In this document: positions 19,221 through 29,475 of the stretch, piece after piece
Position numbering within the stretch: the stretch's first letter is position 1
Layout of the letters: every line of letters begins with the position of its first letter
Notes under the pieces: generated by a model
Database searches by the model: none
The model's input: only the letters and a program-made list of their open reading frames with translations
What the model was told of the DNA's origin: nothing
Translations under genes and position numbers: made by a program
NCBI GenBank assembly: GCA_022340905.1
Contig: JAJDNB010000084.1
Coordinates: forward strand, 1,920 to 65,919
Source of the DNA: Deltaproteobacteria bacterium
Lineage (GTDB): Bacteria > Desulfobacterota > Syntrophobacteria > BM002
Reading direction: 5' to 3'
DNA length: 64,000 nt

Positions 19221-20675
19221 ATGATGTTGTGTCAAAGGGAAGATGCAAATATTTTTAGATTTTTTTGTTTTTACCACTATTCCAATCTTCCATTATTCCA
19301 ATCTTCCATTTTCGCCCTTCTGGCAGCACTTTTCACCGCACTCCTTTTTCTAACTACTCTCTCGGGTTGCGGCATGCCGCACCACCTCACCGCTACAGTT
19401 GATGAGATGAGCGCCAGAGAGGAGTATTCCCAGGCTCTCACCTATGTAGAGGAACATGAGGACGACTATCAAAGTCGCAATCGGTTGCTGTTTTATTTGG
19501 ATGAAGGGATGCTTGCCTTTTCGGTTGGAGAGTTCGAAAAGGCTATCCAAGCGTTCACTGCGGCAGAACGACTCGTGGAGGAACTGTACACCATTTCAAT
19601 AAGCGGGGAGGCCACCACCTTTCTGCTAAACGACAACACGGCACCTTACCGGGGTGAGGATTTTGAATCAGTGATGATCAATCTTTTTCTGGCTCTTTCA
19701 TATGCTAACCTTGCAAAAATGGAAGATGCCTTGGTGGAAGCACGGAAGATTGACAGCAAGCTGACAGCAATCAACCTGCAATACGATGCAGAGCACCAGA
19801 ACGCTTACCGCGAAGATCCATTTGCCCGAATGCTCATGGGAATTCTCTACGAGATGGGGAGGACTAAAGTTGACCTCAACGATGCCTACATATCATATTC
19901 TATGGCCATTGATGGGTACGAGTCGGAGTACCAACGCTTCGGACTAGGTGTTCCTTCGATACTTGCGGAAAACGCTCTTTCAGCCGCAGAGTTCATGGGG
20001 ACAAGCGAACAGGTTCGACTGCGGGAGCGCTTTCCCTTGCAGGAATTTCCGAGTTTGGCAGAGAAGGCGGAAAAGGCGGAAGTATTTGGCCTGCACTTTA
20101 ATGGCAGGGCTCCGATAAAGGAAGCGGGTACCATTGTTTTTCCAATGCCTGACGGCTTCTTTCTAAAGATGGCCTTTCCAACATACAGAACCATGGAAAA
20201 ACATATCACGGGCGGGCGGCTCTTTGCTAAACCGCTTGAGGAAAATAGGGTCTTTCAGGCATCTTTTATCCTTGCTGAGCCCATCGGCAAGATCGCCAGA
20301 GAGAACCTGGAGAACCGGAAAGGCCGGATTGTAGTAAAAACCCTGGCGAGGGTTACTGCCAAATATTTGGCTGTAAAAGCAGCGCAAAGAGCAGCGAGGG
20401 AAGCAGGGGGGCGGGACTACGGACCCCTGGCCGGCTTGCTAGCTGGAATTACCGGAAACATACTTGCCTTTGCCAGCGAACAGCCAGACTTGCGTTGCTG
20501 GAGAACCTTGCCAGCGGAGATTCTGATCAGCAAGTTGACTTTGGAGCCGGGAACCTATCAGTTTTGGGCCGAGTGTGTGGACCGTTCCGGTAGAGATGTT
20601 CGCAAAGTGGATCTCGGACAACGCAGTTTAAAGAGGGGAGACAAGATATTTTTGCAATTTCGTACAACGGAATAA
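19221..20675 (+). CDS. COG3014-like TPR lipoprotein (start uncertain)
   Basis: Lipobox LSGC, YRGEDFE, ALVEAR, EQPDLRCWRTLP; adjacent to lpoB. Confidence 0.75.
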   Translation: MMLCQREDANIFRFFCFYHYSNLPLFQSSIFALLAALFTALLFLTTLSGCGMPHHLTATVDEMSAREEYSQALTYVEEHEDDYQSRNRLLFYLDEGMLAFSVGEFEKAIQAFTAAERLVEELYTISISGEATTFLLNDNTAPYRGEDFESVMINLFLALSYANLAKMEDALVEARKIDSKLTAINLQYDAEHQNAYREDPFARMLMGILYEMGRTKVDLNDAYISYSMAIDGYESEYQRFGLGVPSILAENALSAAEFMGTSEQVRLRERFPLQEFPSLAEKAEKAEVFGLHFNGRAPIKEAGTIVFPMPDGFFLKMAFPTYRTMEKHITGGRLFAKPLEENRVFQASFILAEPIGKIARENLENRKGRIVVKTLARVTAKYLAVKAAQRAAREAGGRDYGPLAGLLAGITGNILAFASEQPDLRCWRTLPAEILISKLTLEPGTYQFWAECVDRSGRDVRKVDLGQRSLKRGDKIFLQFRTTE

Positions 20676-20810
20676 GGGAAACAGCGCTTTACGCTGTTTC
20701 CCAGCCAGCAGCGAACAGCAGATAGCTGGCAGCAAAAAACACAAGTCAGTTGCCGGTCAGCCAAAGGTTTTCTGCCTGCTGCTAGCAGTCAGCTGACTGC
20801 TTATTCTTTC

Positions 20811-21920
20811 TCACTGGCTTTTGCCGCGGGCGGCTATTTTGAATTCCTCCACAATCTCACCGCTTCTCATTCCATACGCCCGATCGAAAAGATTTACTAC
20901 TGCGCAAGCGTGATTGGGGATTATGCGAACTGTGTCGCCAACCTCTAGAAGTTCCTCTGGGTCAAGGTTCATAACACCGTGCTCCTCGGAAAGCCTTGCC
21001 AATGTCGCTCTTTTGCCCAAGACGATGCCGAAGCCGGAAGCCATTTCTTTACCGTGCGCCCCCTTGTCCGAGCTAAAAGCCTTGCTACCTCCGTCTATGA
21101 CGGCTCTTTCTCCGGAAGGCCGGCTAATCACCGTGGCTGCTATGGAAAGGGCGCACTCTTCCACAGTTGCCACTCCAAGAGATATCTGGATGGCATCATG
21201 AAAAATGTAGTTACCTGGCCGGATCTCATTGACCCCTTCCTGTCCCTGCCAGATCTTCATGGTTGGCGTGGACCCAACGGAAACAATTTCAGCATTAGCC
21301 CCAGCCTCTTTAAGTGCTCGTGCAGTCTCGACCATTGTTTTACTTTCGTGGCGGCTCACCTCCATGACCTCGGCAAGCGAACCAGCTGCATATACTTGCC
21401 CTGCATGAGTAAAGATTCCCTTGAATTGAAGAGAGGGAAGTTCATCTGTGGCCTGATAGAGCTCGACCGCCTCCCTTCCAGGCAAAACGCCGCATCTATT
21501 GAGACCGCTGTTAATCTCTATGAGATATTCAATGGTGAGCCCGGAAGCAGCGAATGTAGCGGAAAGCTTCTCCGCTGCCGAGATACTGTCCAACCCCACT
21601 GATATGTAGACCTTTTTTGAGAGAGCAGCGAGTCGATTCAACTTTGTTTCGCTAACCACCTGGTTGGCGATAAAAATATCTTTAATACCCGCCTCAGCCA
21701 TAACTTCTGCTTCTGAAACTTTGGCGACTGTGATCCCACGGGCGCCCAAGTCCAGCTGAAGCTGGGCAAGTTCTGGTATCTTATGAGTCTTAATATGCGG
21801 GCGAAGGTCTACCTTGCATTCATCGGCTTTCTTTTGCATCTCTTTGAGATTGCGGCGAACAATATCGAGGTCGATTAATAAAGCGGGAGTGTCTACGGCC
21901 GGTGGGTGGGGATTTTTCAT
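20811..21920 (-). CDS. Fold-type III PLP enzyme (D-threonine aldolase / D-serine dehydratase-like)
   Basis: DTPALLID, LRPHIKTHK, EIRPGNY, SEEHG, PNHAC. Confidence 0.88.
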   Translation of the reverse strand: MKNPHPPAVDTPALLIDLDIVRRNLKEMQKKADECKVDLRPHIKTHKIPELAQLQLDLGARGITVAKVSEAEVMAEAGIKDIFIANQVVSETKLNRLAALSKKVYISVGLDSISAAEKLSATFAASGLTIEYLIEINSGLNRCGVLPGREAVELYQATDELPSLQFKGIFTHAGQVYAAGSLAEVMEVSRHESKTMVETARALKEAGANAEIVSVGSTPTMKIWQGQEGVNEIRPGNYIFHDAIQISLGVATVEECALSIAATVISRPSGERAVIDGGSKAFSSDKGAHGKEMASGFGIVLGKRATLARLSEEHGVMNLDPEELLEVGDTVRIIPNHACAVVNLFDRAYGMRSGEIVEEFKIAARGKSQ

Positions 21921-21929
21921 TTCACATCT

Positions 21930-22111
21930 GTCAGTTGTCATTGGGTCACTAGGCTAAGCTGTTTTTCATGGCTGATTGTCATAGGAGCCTTAAAACAATC
22001 TAATGAAGGCCGTCAGGCCGGATGACAGGCGGAGCCGTAATGACAGACACGTTAGTGTCATAATGACTACCTGATGACGCCGCAGGCATAATGACGGCGA
22101 AGCCTTGTGAC
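21930..22111. repeat. GTCAT/ATGAC element, copy 3
   Basis: gtcattgggtcacta is the reverse complement of the copy 1 end; run of ATGAC-separated hairpins (ggcggagcc, gacacgttagtgtc, ggcgaagcc). Confidence 0.75.
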
Positions 22112-22125
22112 CTGCCGAATGGCAG

Positions 22126-23040
22126 TTAGGCGGCCAGATTGGCGATGGACCCGACACAACTAACCGCGAAGGTGCTGCCCAGTTCCTGGCTTAAACGGGT
22201 ATTAGGCCGGAACCCCGTGCAGTGGCCGGTGAGTGCCAATTGCGCTCCAGAATTCTTGATGCCGTCAATGGTCTGACTGACGACTTCGTCGCTCACTTGA
22301 GCAAGGTGAAGGCCACCAATAACAGCATATATGAGGGAGTTTCCGGTAATCTCCTGAGCATAGTGAATGGTGTTTACAATTCCTGGGTGGGAACAGCCTG
22401 AAATTACCACCAATCCCTTTTCTCCCAGGTTTATCACCAGAGCCTGCTCATCTACCAAAGGATCGTCCATATCCTGGCCGTCTTTGACAATTTTGGCACC
22501 GGGCATGGGGCCCTCAAAGGTGGTGCGGCGGGGAATCTCGCCGGTGAGAAAGACTCCTTCTGTCAATTGCTTTACATCTGCGGCGCAGATAAGCTCAGCG
22601 CCGGTTTCTTCGACTTTCCCACGATCCAGTTTCCACGGACCCACCTTGCCCCGGGGGGTCATGAGGTACTTGGGCCAGAAGACATCTGGATGGCAATAGA
22701 TGGGGAGGGGCGATCCGCGCCACTCCAGAAAGCCAAGAAGCCCTCCATAATGGTCCGGGTGCCCGTGACTCAAAAATAGGGCATCTACCTCGGCAGGGGT
22801 TCTCCCCAAGGCTTGCAAGTTATTTTTGAGTGGTTCAAAGGCATTGCCAGCATCCATGAGCAGGGTGAACGTGCTTTCTCCCTTGGTGATGTCAACCAGG
22901 TAAGCAAGCCCATGGCCAGCCAGAAGAAACCCCTTAAGCTTTCCGGGCACCGCACGTTCAACCAAGGAGGTGGAGGGTTCAAAAACATCCAAGTAATTGT
23001 CGATAACCGCGGTAACACTAACCTTTTCTGGTAGCGACAT
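22126..23040 (-). CDS. Metallo-beta-lactamase-fold hydrolase (COG1237-like)
   Basis: LSHGHPDHYGG, SGCSHPG, GGLHL, GHCTG. Confidence 0.88.
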   Translation of the reverse strand: MSLPEKVSVTAVIDNYLDVFEPSTSLVERAVPGKLKGFLLAGHGLAYLVDITKGESTFTLLMDAGNAFEPLKNNLQALGRTPAEVDALFLSHGHPDHYGGLLGFLEWRGSPLPIYCHPDVFWPKYLMTPRGKVGPWKLDRGKVEETGAELICAADVKQLTEGVFLTGEIPRRTTFEGPMPGAKIVKDGQDMDDPLVDEQALVINLGEKGLVVISGCSHPGIVNTIHYAQEITGNSLIYAVIGGLHLAQVSDEVVSQTIDGIKNSGAQLALTGHCTGFRPNTRLSQELGSTFAVSCVGSIANLAA

Positions 23041-23408
23041 AGTGAGCCTCCTTACTGCAACAATTCGTTTCCCCGTGACATACCCTAAGAGTTTTCAGGT
23101 CAACTAGCAATAGTTTATATCATCGTGCATTAAAGTGCAAAATGTTTCAGCCAGCCAAAACACAACCCAAGGATCAGTCTATTGGCCATTCACACAGGCG
23201 TCTGGCACAGGGCTCAGGGCGCAAACCGTCTAGCAGGTAGTATTGGGCATGGGGCGTAGAGCAAGGAGTCAGGAGTCAGTCTTTAATTTCGAAATTCGAA
23301 ATTTTGATCTCTGTCCTCCGACTTCTGCCTGCTGGATTCTGCCTTTTGACTCCCACACCTTTCTTGGATGGCTTATATTTTCGTTTTTCGACAGGAGTGT
23401 GGTAGTAT

Positions 23409-23430
23409 ATGTTGCAAAAGGTTGCAACAT
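23409..23430. promoter_or_regulatory. Palindromic candidate binding site of the sigma-54 activator (autoregulation)
   Basis: ATGTTGCA-AAAGGT-TGCAACAT upstream of the activator; related sites at 25264 and 25363. Confidence 0.55.
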
Positions 23431-23508
23431 GTAGTCTAGAGATATTCTTTTATATTCTCCGGCTTTTTGGCTGGGGAGCTGCTGCCAGGAGCAAAGGAAC
23501 TCAGAGCC

Positions 23509-25254
23509 ATGGTTGAAAAAGCTCTCCCGTCCGAGACCAGTATTTTACACGGGCAATTCAGCCAGCTTTTGGAAAATCTCGGTATTGGTGTTTTCACCGT
23601 TGATATGGAACGGAGGATCACCTCATTCAATGAAGCTGTGCAGCGCCTCACTGGGCTCAAGGAAGAAGAGGTCTTAGGCAAGAAGTGTTACGAGATTTTT
23701 TTCAGCGACCTGTGTCATGGCCAGTGTATGTACAGCGATGCGGTAAAAGCAAGTGGCAAGCCCCTGGCCTTCGATATGGAGATTTACGACGAAAGTGGCA
23801 ACAGACGCCACATTACCAAACTTGTTTCCCCTCTTTTCACTGGGGACGGCAGGGTGAATGGTTGCATCGAGATATTTCAGGACCTCTCAGTTTACAGTGA
23901 ACTATTAAACCGGATTCGTTATGACGAGCACAGGCTTAAACTCATTCTGGACAATTTGGACATTGGGATATTTACAGTAAACCGGGGTGGTCACATAACT
24001 TCGTTCAATTCAATGGCCGAGTCTATTACAGGCTACAAGCGTCAAGAGATTCTTGGCCAGCATCACGCCAAGCTTACAGGTTGCAATCTGCCTGGAGAGA
24101 CCTGCAGTCTGGAGGAATCAATCCTTAGCGGTAAGGTCCTGGCAAATCTCCACCGGCGATTATTTACCAAAGACGGCCGTAAACTGCCTATCCGCGCCAA
24201 CTTCATGGCCCTCCGGAATGAAGGGGGAGAAATTATAGGTGGACTAGAGACCTTCCAGGATCTTTCTCTAATCCAGCAGCTCAACCGTGCCATAAGCAAT
24301 AAATACACCTTCGCCGATATGATCGGCAAAGATGGAGTAATGCAACAAATCTTTGAGATTCTTCCTGTGGTTGCCGAAAGTGAAGCCAATGTTCTCGTCG
24401 AAGGCCCCACCGGCACGGGCAAGGATCTCCTGGCTAAGATCATCCACAATGCTTCACGGCGAAAAAATAAACCTTTTGTTAAGGTCAACTGCGCGGCCTT
24501 GCCAGACAATTTACTGGAATCAGAGATGTTTGGCTATGTCAAGGGAGCCTTTACCGGAGCGGACCGGGACAAACCCGGCCGTTTCCAGGAAGCTGACGGA
24601 GGGAGCATCTTTCTCGACGAGATAGGTGACATGCCCCTATCCCTTCAGGCCAAACTCTTGCGAGTTTTAGAAGACAGAGAATTCTATCCCCTGGGTGGAA
24701 GAAAGCTCTGTAGAGTGGATGTGCGGATCATCGCTGCCACCAACCAGATACTTGAAGATCTGGTTAGGGAAAAAAGGTTTCGCGAAGATCTTTTCTACCG
24801 TCTCCATGTGATGCGGCTAGAACTGCCACCTCTGAATGAGCGGCGTGCCGATATACCTCTGCTCATCAACAATTTTGTCAAGCAATACAACGTCACCAAA
24901 GGAGCTTCGGTAACCACAATCGCCGAAGACGCCATGGATATCCTGCTCAATTATGATTATCCGGGCAACATACGTGAGCTGGAAAATGTCATTGAACACG
25001 CCTGTGTGCTCTGCCGGAGCGCAACCATCGAGCGCAGACACCTACCCATGTACCTACAGACTCCCGGTAGCCGCTTGGGGGAGGACATCGTTTCCAGGAC
25101 TGATGTGGCCACAGTGCAGCACCAGTGGGAAAAGGAAAGAATAATAGAAGTATTGAAAAAACACCGTTGGCATCGACAACGAGCTGCCCAGGCCCTGGGC
25201 ATGGATCGCACCACCTTGTGGCGCAAGATGAAAAGGTATGACATCTCGCCATGA
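23509..25254 (+). CDS. Sigma-54 enhancer-binding protein, PAS-PAS-AAA+-HTH, no receiver domain
   Basis: GPTGTGKD, ESEMFGYVKGAFTGA, FLDEIGD, PGNIRELEN, C-terminal AAQALGMDRTTLWRKM. Confidence 0.95.
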   Translation: MVEKALPSETSILHGQFSQLLENLGIGVFTVDMERRITSFNEAVQRLTGLKEEEVLGKKCYEIFFSDLCHGQCMYSDAVKASGKPLAFDMEIYDESGNRRHITKLVSPLFTGDGRVNGCIEIFQDLSVYSELLNRIRYDEHRLKLILDNLDIGIFTVNRGGHITSFNSMAESITGYKRQEILGQHHAKLTGCNLPGETCSLEESILSGKVLANLHRRLFTKDGRKLPIRANFMALRNEGGEIIGGLETFQDLSLIQQLNRAISNKYTFADMIGKDGVMQQIFEILPVVAESEANVLVEGPTGTGKDLLAKIIHNASRRKNKPFVKVNCAALPDNLLESEMFGYVKGAFTGADRDKPGRFQEADGGSIFLDEIGDMPLSLQAKLLRVLEDREFYPLGGRKLCRVDVRIIAATNQILEDLVREKRFREDLFYRLHVMRLELPPLNERRADIPLLINNFVKQYNVTKGASVTTIAEDAMDILLNYDYPGNIRELENVIEHACVLCRSATIERRHLPMYLQTPGSRLGEDIVSRTDVATVQHQWEKERIIEVLKKHRWHRQRAAQALGMDRTTLWRKMKRYDISP

Positions 25255-25263
25255 TCTCCATTC

Positions 25264-25483
25264 GTTGCATATCTTGCAACATTAGTTGCATTATGTTGCG
25301 AATGAGCTCATCATATAAAAAATAATAGATTACAGATAGTTATAAAAAGTAGCTCCACCTGCTGTTGCATAACTGAAGCAACAAGACGCCACCCACCCTT
25401 CCATTTTTCTTGCCATTACCTGCACTAAGCAATTGAAATTAAATGATTTTGTTCCTTGCCTAGCTATCTGGCACGTACCTGGC
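25264..25483 (+). promoter_or_regulatory. Sigma-54 promoter with upstream enhancer palindromes and an IHF-like AT-rich tract
   Basis: TGGCACGTACCTGGC gives GG(25470)-N10-GC(25482). GTTGCA-N5-TGCAAC at 25264; TGTTGC-N9-GCAACA at 25363; AT-rich tract ~25426-25450. Confidence 0.7.
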
Positions 25484-25520
25484 ATTATGATCCAGACACA
25501 AACCCATTGGAGTGTTTCGG

Positions 25521-27854
25521 ATGAGTGAGTCAGTGAGAGGAAACTCAAATCGAGATTTTCTCAGAAGGTTGAGGCAAAGTCTCAGTTTTAAATTGGGTCT
25601 GGCGGTGGGTTTGATTTTCCTGGTTGCGGTACTTGCCCTCACCTTCTATCTCGTATCGCTCCAAAAAGAGCAAGCTTTTGAAAGAATGGTGATGAATGTA
25701 AACCAGTTTAGTGACACGGTGAAGCGGGGCGCCCACTACAGCATGCTCAAGAACCAGCGGGAGAGTTTGCACAAGATTATTGAGGCCATCGGTGCCCAGC
25801 CGGGAGTGGAGAAGATCCGGGTATTCAATAAGACCGGCGAAATCATGTTTGCCAGCGCGAAAGAGGATATCGGTACTAATGTAGATCTACAGGCGGAGGC
25901 GTGTTATGCCTGCCACCGGCGGGACCAGCCCCTGGAACGGCTGAGCATGAGCGATCGCACCCGAATCTATCGAAGCCCGGCAGGAAATCGAGTCCTGGGC
26001 ATGATCAACCCCATATATAATGAGCCCAGTTGCTGGCAGGCTGCTTGTCACTACCATCCAGCGAAGCAGACCGTCCTGGGGGTCTTGGATATAGGTCTAT
26101 CGCTGCAGCCTTTAGATCAGGAAATCCTTGCCACCAAGAAGAAGATTATCTTTTTTGCCACCCTCATCTTCATAGGGGTCACCGTTATTGTGGCCGGTTG
26201 CATCGTCTATTTCGTTAACCGACCCATTCGCCGCCTGGTTTCAGCTACAAAGCAACTCGCAAGAGGTGACTACGAGCAGGAGGTGAATACCATTACTCAA
26301 GATGAGATCGGCGATCTCTCCCGCTCCTTTGACAAGATGCGACAAAACATCAGAGATCAGGCCAATGCTCTCCAGAAAAGCAAGGAAGAATATCAGACTC
26401 TGTTCACACAGGTTCCCTGCCAGATCAGCGTTCAAAACCGGGACTTTCGCATCACCCAAGTGAACAGGGTCTTCGAGGAGCGCTTTGGGGACTGCCAAGG
26501 GGAGTACTGTTACCGGGCTTACAAGGGCAGGGAGGAGAAATGCTTAGTCTGCCCAGTTGAAAAGACGTTCCAGGACGGCCTGCCCCATTCAAGCGAGGAG
26601 ACGGTGGTACGCAAAGATGGCACTCTCGCCTATGTTCTTGCTTTTACCTCCCCCATATTTGACGAAGAGGGTAGGGTGGTGGCTTCCATGGAGATGGCAA
26701 CGGATATTACCCAGGTGCGGTTGTTGGAACAGGAGCTTAAGCGATCAGAGGAAAAGTACCGGACCCTGTTTAACAGTGATCCCAACCCTATTTTTGTAGT
26801 GAACCTTGACAACTTGGAGATCAAGGACGCAAACGAACGAGCCCTCAAGTTCTATGGTTTCGCCCGGGATGAAATCCTCGGCAAAAGCTTTCTGGAGCTA
26901 TCCGAACCCCAGGAATGGGATCGCCTCAGGAAAGTCCCGTGGGAGAGAGAAGGGGCAGTCTACAAGGTGAGACAGCATACTAAAGAAACTGAATCAATAG
27001 TGGTGAACATACGTTACTCTAGCCTTAAAGACATTGGCCAGGATTCCGTTATTGTCACCACCTCTGATGTGACCGAGCGGGTCAAGAGCGAAGAGCAGCT
27101 CATTCAGGCGAGTAAAATGGCCACCTTGGGCGAAATGTCGGCAGGCGTTGCTCATGAGTTAAATCAACCCCTCTCGGTGATAAAGACTTCCGCCAGTTTT
27201 CTCACCAAGAAGATAGATCGAAACGAGCCAGTGTCTCCTGATATTCTTCGGGAGTTAGCAGCTGAAATGGACAGTCAGGTGGACCGTGCTTCACTCATTA
27301 TAAATCACCTGCGCCAATTTGGCCGGAAAACAGACATTCGCAAAGCAAACGTGCAACTTAATGATTGCATTTCCGGGACCTTCACGGTTCTAGGCCGCCA
27401 GTTGGAAGTTCATGGCATCAAGGTAGAACTGGACTTGGAGCAAGAGTTGCCACCAATAAAAGGTGATCGGAACCGGTTGGAGCAAGTTTTTCTCAACCTC
27501 ATCATGAACGCCCGTGATGCCATGGATGAAAAGCAGGAGCGAGCGGGACAGGATATTGAAAAAGTACTCAGGATCTCATCAAGAACTGCAGGCGATCGGG
27601 TGCTGGTGGATGTGTCCGATACCGGACCGGGCATGAGCGAAGAGGTGAAAGAGAAGATATTCGAACCTTTTTTTACCACCAAACCGGTTGGAAAAGGGAC
27701 CGGATTAGGCCTGTCAATTAGCTTTGGCATTGTGCGGGACTATGACGGCATCATAGAGGTACAAAGTGTCGAGGGTCGAGGGACCATATTTTCCCTAAGC
27801 TTTCCAACGGCGGCAGAAGAAACCCCGGAGCCCAGGGAGGTTGCTAGTGGCTGA
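25521..27854 (+). CDS. Membrane sensor histidine kinase: periplasmic CxxCH domain, HAMP, 2x PAS, HisKA/HATPase
   Basis: Two TM segments, CYACH, AHELNQPL H-box, EQVFLNLIMNARDA, DTGPG, GTGLGL. Confidence 0.93.
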   Translation: MSESVRGNSNRDFLRRLRQSLSFKLGLAVGLIFLVAVLALTFYLVSLQKEQAFERMVMNVNQFSDTVKRGAHYSMLKNQRESLHKIIEAIGAQPGVEKIRVFNKTGEIMFASAKEDIGTNVDLQAEACYACHRRDQPLERLSMSDRTRIYRSPAGNRVLGMINPIYNEPSCWQAACHYHPAKQTVLGVLDIGLSLQPLDQEILATKKKIIFFATLIFIGVTVIVAGCIVYFVNRPIRRLVSATKQLARGDYEQEVNTITQDEIGDLSRSFDKMRQNIRDQANALQKSKEEYQTLFTQVPCQISVQNRDFRITQVNRVFEERFGDCQGEYCYRAYKGREEKCLVCPVEKTFQDGLPHSSEETVVRKDGTLAYVLAFTSPIFDEEGRVVASMEMATDITQVRLLEQELKRSEEKYRTLFNSDPNPIFVVNLDNLEIKDANERALKFYGFARDEILGKSFLELSEPQEWDRLRKVPWEREGAVYKVRQHTKETESIVVNIRYSSLKDIGQDSVIVTTSDVTERVKSEEQLIQASKMATLGEMSAGVAHELNQPLSVIKTSASFLTKKIDRNEPVSPDILRELAAEMDSQVDRASLIINHLRQFGRKTDIRKANVQLNDCISGTFTVLGRQLEVHGIKVELDLEQELPPIKGDRNRLEQVFLNLIMNARDAMDEKQERAGQDIEKVLRISSRTAGDRVLVDVSDTGPGMSEEVKEKIFEPFFTTKPVGKGTGLGLSISFGIVRDYDGIIEVQSVEGRGTIFSLSFPTAAEETPEPREVASG

Positions 27855-29475
27855 AGCCAATTTAAAGCGCGTCCTCCTTATCGATGACGAAGAGGGTATC
27901 AGAAAGGTCATGTCGATTGCCCTCAAGGACGCCGGCTATGTGGTTTGGACTGCCGAAAGCGGCGAGCAAGGGTTGGAAATATTCGAACGAGAGAAACCAC
28001 CGCTTGTTCTTACTGATATCAAGATGCCGGGGATGGACGGTATTGGAGTGCTTCGGCGCATAAAAGAAATGGAGACCGATTCCGAGGTAATCATCATAAC
28101 CGGCCACGGCGAGATGGAACTGGCCATCAGCGCCTTGCAGCTGGAGGCCTCAGATTTTATTACCAAGCCCATACATGACGAGGCCCTGTTTATTTCTCTA
28201 AGGCGGGCCGAGGAAAAAATCTCTCTTAAGAGGCAGCTGCGAGATTATACGGAGAACCTAGAGCTGAAGGTCCAAGAGGCCACTGCTGAGATCCAGCGTA
28301 TCAGTGACTTTCAGGCCAACCTCATCGACAACTCCTTGGATGGGATTGTGGCCGGAGATGCAGAGAGAAAGGTTGTTATTTTTAATGAAAGCGCCCAGCG
28401 GCTGACTGGGTACAGGGAGGGTGAGGTGGTGGGGCGGCTCACCCTAGAAGATCTCTATGATAAGGAGATTGTTGATCTTTGGCTAAGCCGGGAGGGAGAA
28501 GCGCCAGACCCCGCAAGTGAAAAGCGTACTAGTCATCTGGATACAACCATCCAGTCTCGGGAAGGAAGAAAAATTCCAATTCGATTAAATCACACTATCC
28601 TACGAAAAGAAGGCCACAAGGTGGGCTGCGTTACCTTCTTCCAAGACTTACGCGAAATTCGCCGCTTGGAAAAACGGCTGGTGCAATCAGAGCGGCTGGC
28701 TGCCATCGGTCAGACCTCGGCCACTATTGCCCATGCCATAAAAAATATAGTGGGTGGTTTGAAAGGCGGGATGTTTGTGGTCAATAAGGGCTTCGAGCTA
28801 TCAAACCAGGACTATCTGCAGAATGGCTGGGACATGGTCCAGCGCAACGTTGCCAAGATCTCAAGCCTGGCCATGGACCTGCTCACCTATGCCAAGGAGC
28901 GGAAACCTGAATACCGCTTAGCAGAAGCCAATACGGTGGCGGCGGAGGCTGTGGAGCTCTTAAAAACGAGGGCAGCGGAGTTCAAGGTGAATCTAACCTT
29001 GGAAGCCACAGAGGGGTTGGAGCCGGTTGCAATGGATGTCAGCGGTATTCATCAATGTTTGGTCAACCTGATCAACAATGCCATTGACGCCTGCTGGCCA
29101 GAAATATGTGGCCATGAACAGGGGCAGGTTGCGGTGCGCACTTGTCGCGACCCGGACTGGGCAGTCTGTTTCGAGGTGGAAGATAATGGTTGTGGAATAG
29201 AGGCGAGCAACAAAGAGAAGATCTTCACCAATTTTTTCAGCACTAAAGGGGCTGACGGTACTGGCTTGGGACTGCTCAACGTCCAGAAAATTGCCCAAGA
29301 ACACGGAGGTTCTGTTGAGGTTGAATCTGAGCCCGGCAAGGGCTCAGTATTTCGTCTCTTGCTACCCTCGGGACCCAGCAAGGATACAGAAGATCTCAAC
29401 GAAAATGGCACAGAGGAGAATGAGAACCAAGAAGCATACTCGGTCGTGGCCCAAGCAGACAGGAGGAAGTCATGA
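27847..29475 (+). CDS. Hybrid REC-PAS-histidine kinase
   Basis: LLIDDE...TDIKMPGMDG...ITKP receiver; AHAIKN H-box; DNGCG, GTGLGL. Confidence 0.93.
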   Translation: MAEANLKRVLLIDDEEGIRKVMSIALKDAGYVVWTAESGEQGLEIFEREKPPLVLTDIKMPGMDGIGVLRRIKEMETDSEVIIITGHGEMELAISALQLEASDFITKPIHDEALFISLRRAEEKISLKRQLRDYTENLELKVQEATAEIQRISDFQANLIDNSLDGIVAGDAERKVVIFNESAQRLTGYREGEVVGRLTLEDLYDKEIVDLWLSREGEAPDPASEKRTSHLDTTIQSREGRKIPIRLNHTILRKEGHKVGCVTFFQDLREIRRLEKRLVQSERLAAIGQTSATIAHAIKNIVGGLKGGMFVVNKGFELSNQDYLQNGWDMVQRNVAKISSLAMDLLTYAKERKPEYRLAEANTVAAEAVELLKTRAAEFKVNLTLEATEGLEPVAMDVSGIHQCLVNLINNAIDACWPEICGHEQGQVAVRTCRDPDWAVCFEVEDNGCGIEASNKEKIFTNFFSTKGADGTGLGLLNVQKIAQEHGGSVEVESEPGKGSVFRLLLPSGPSKDTEDLNENGTEENENQEAYSVVAQADRRKS

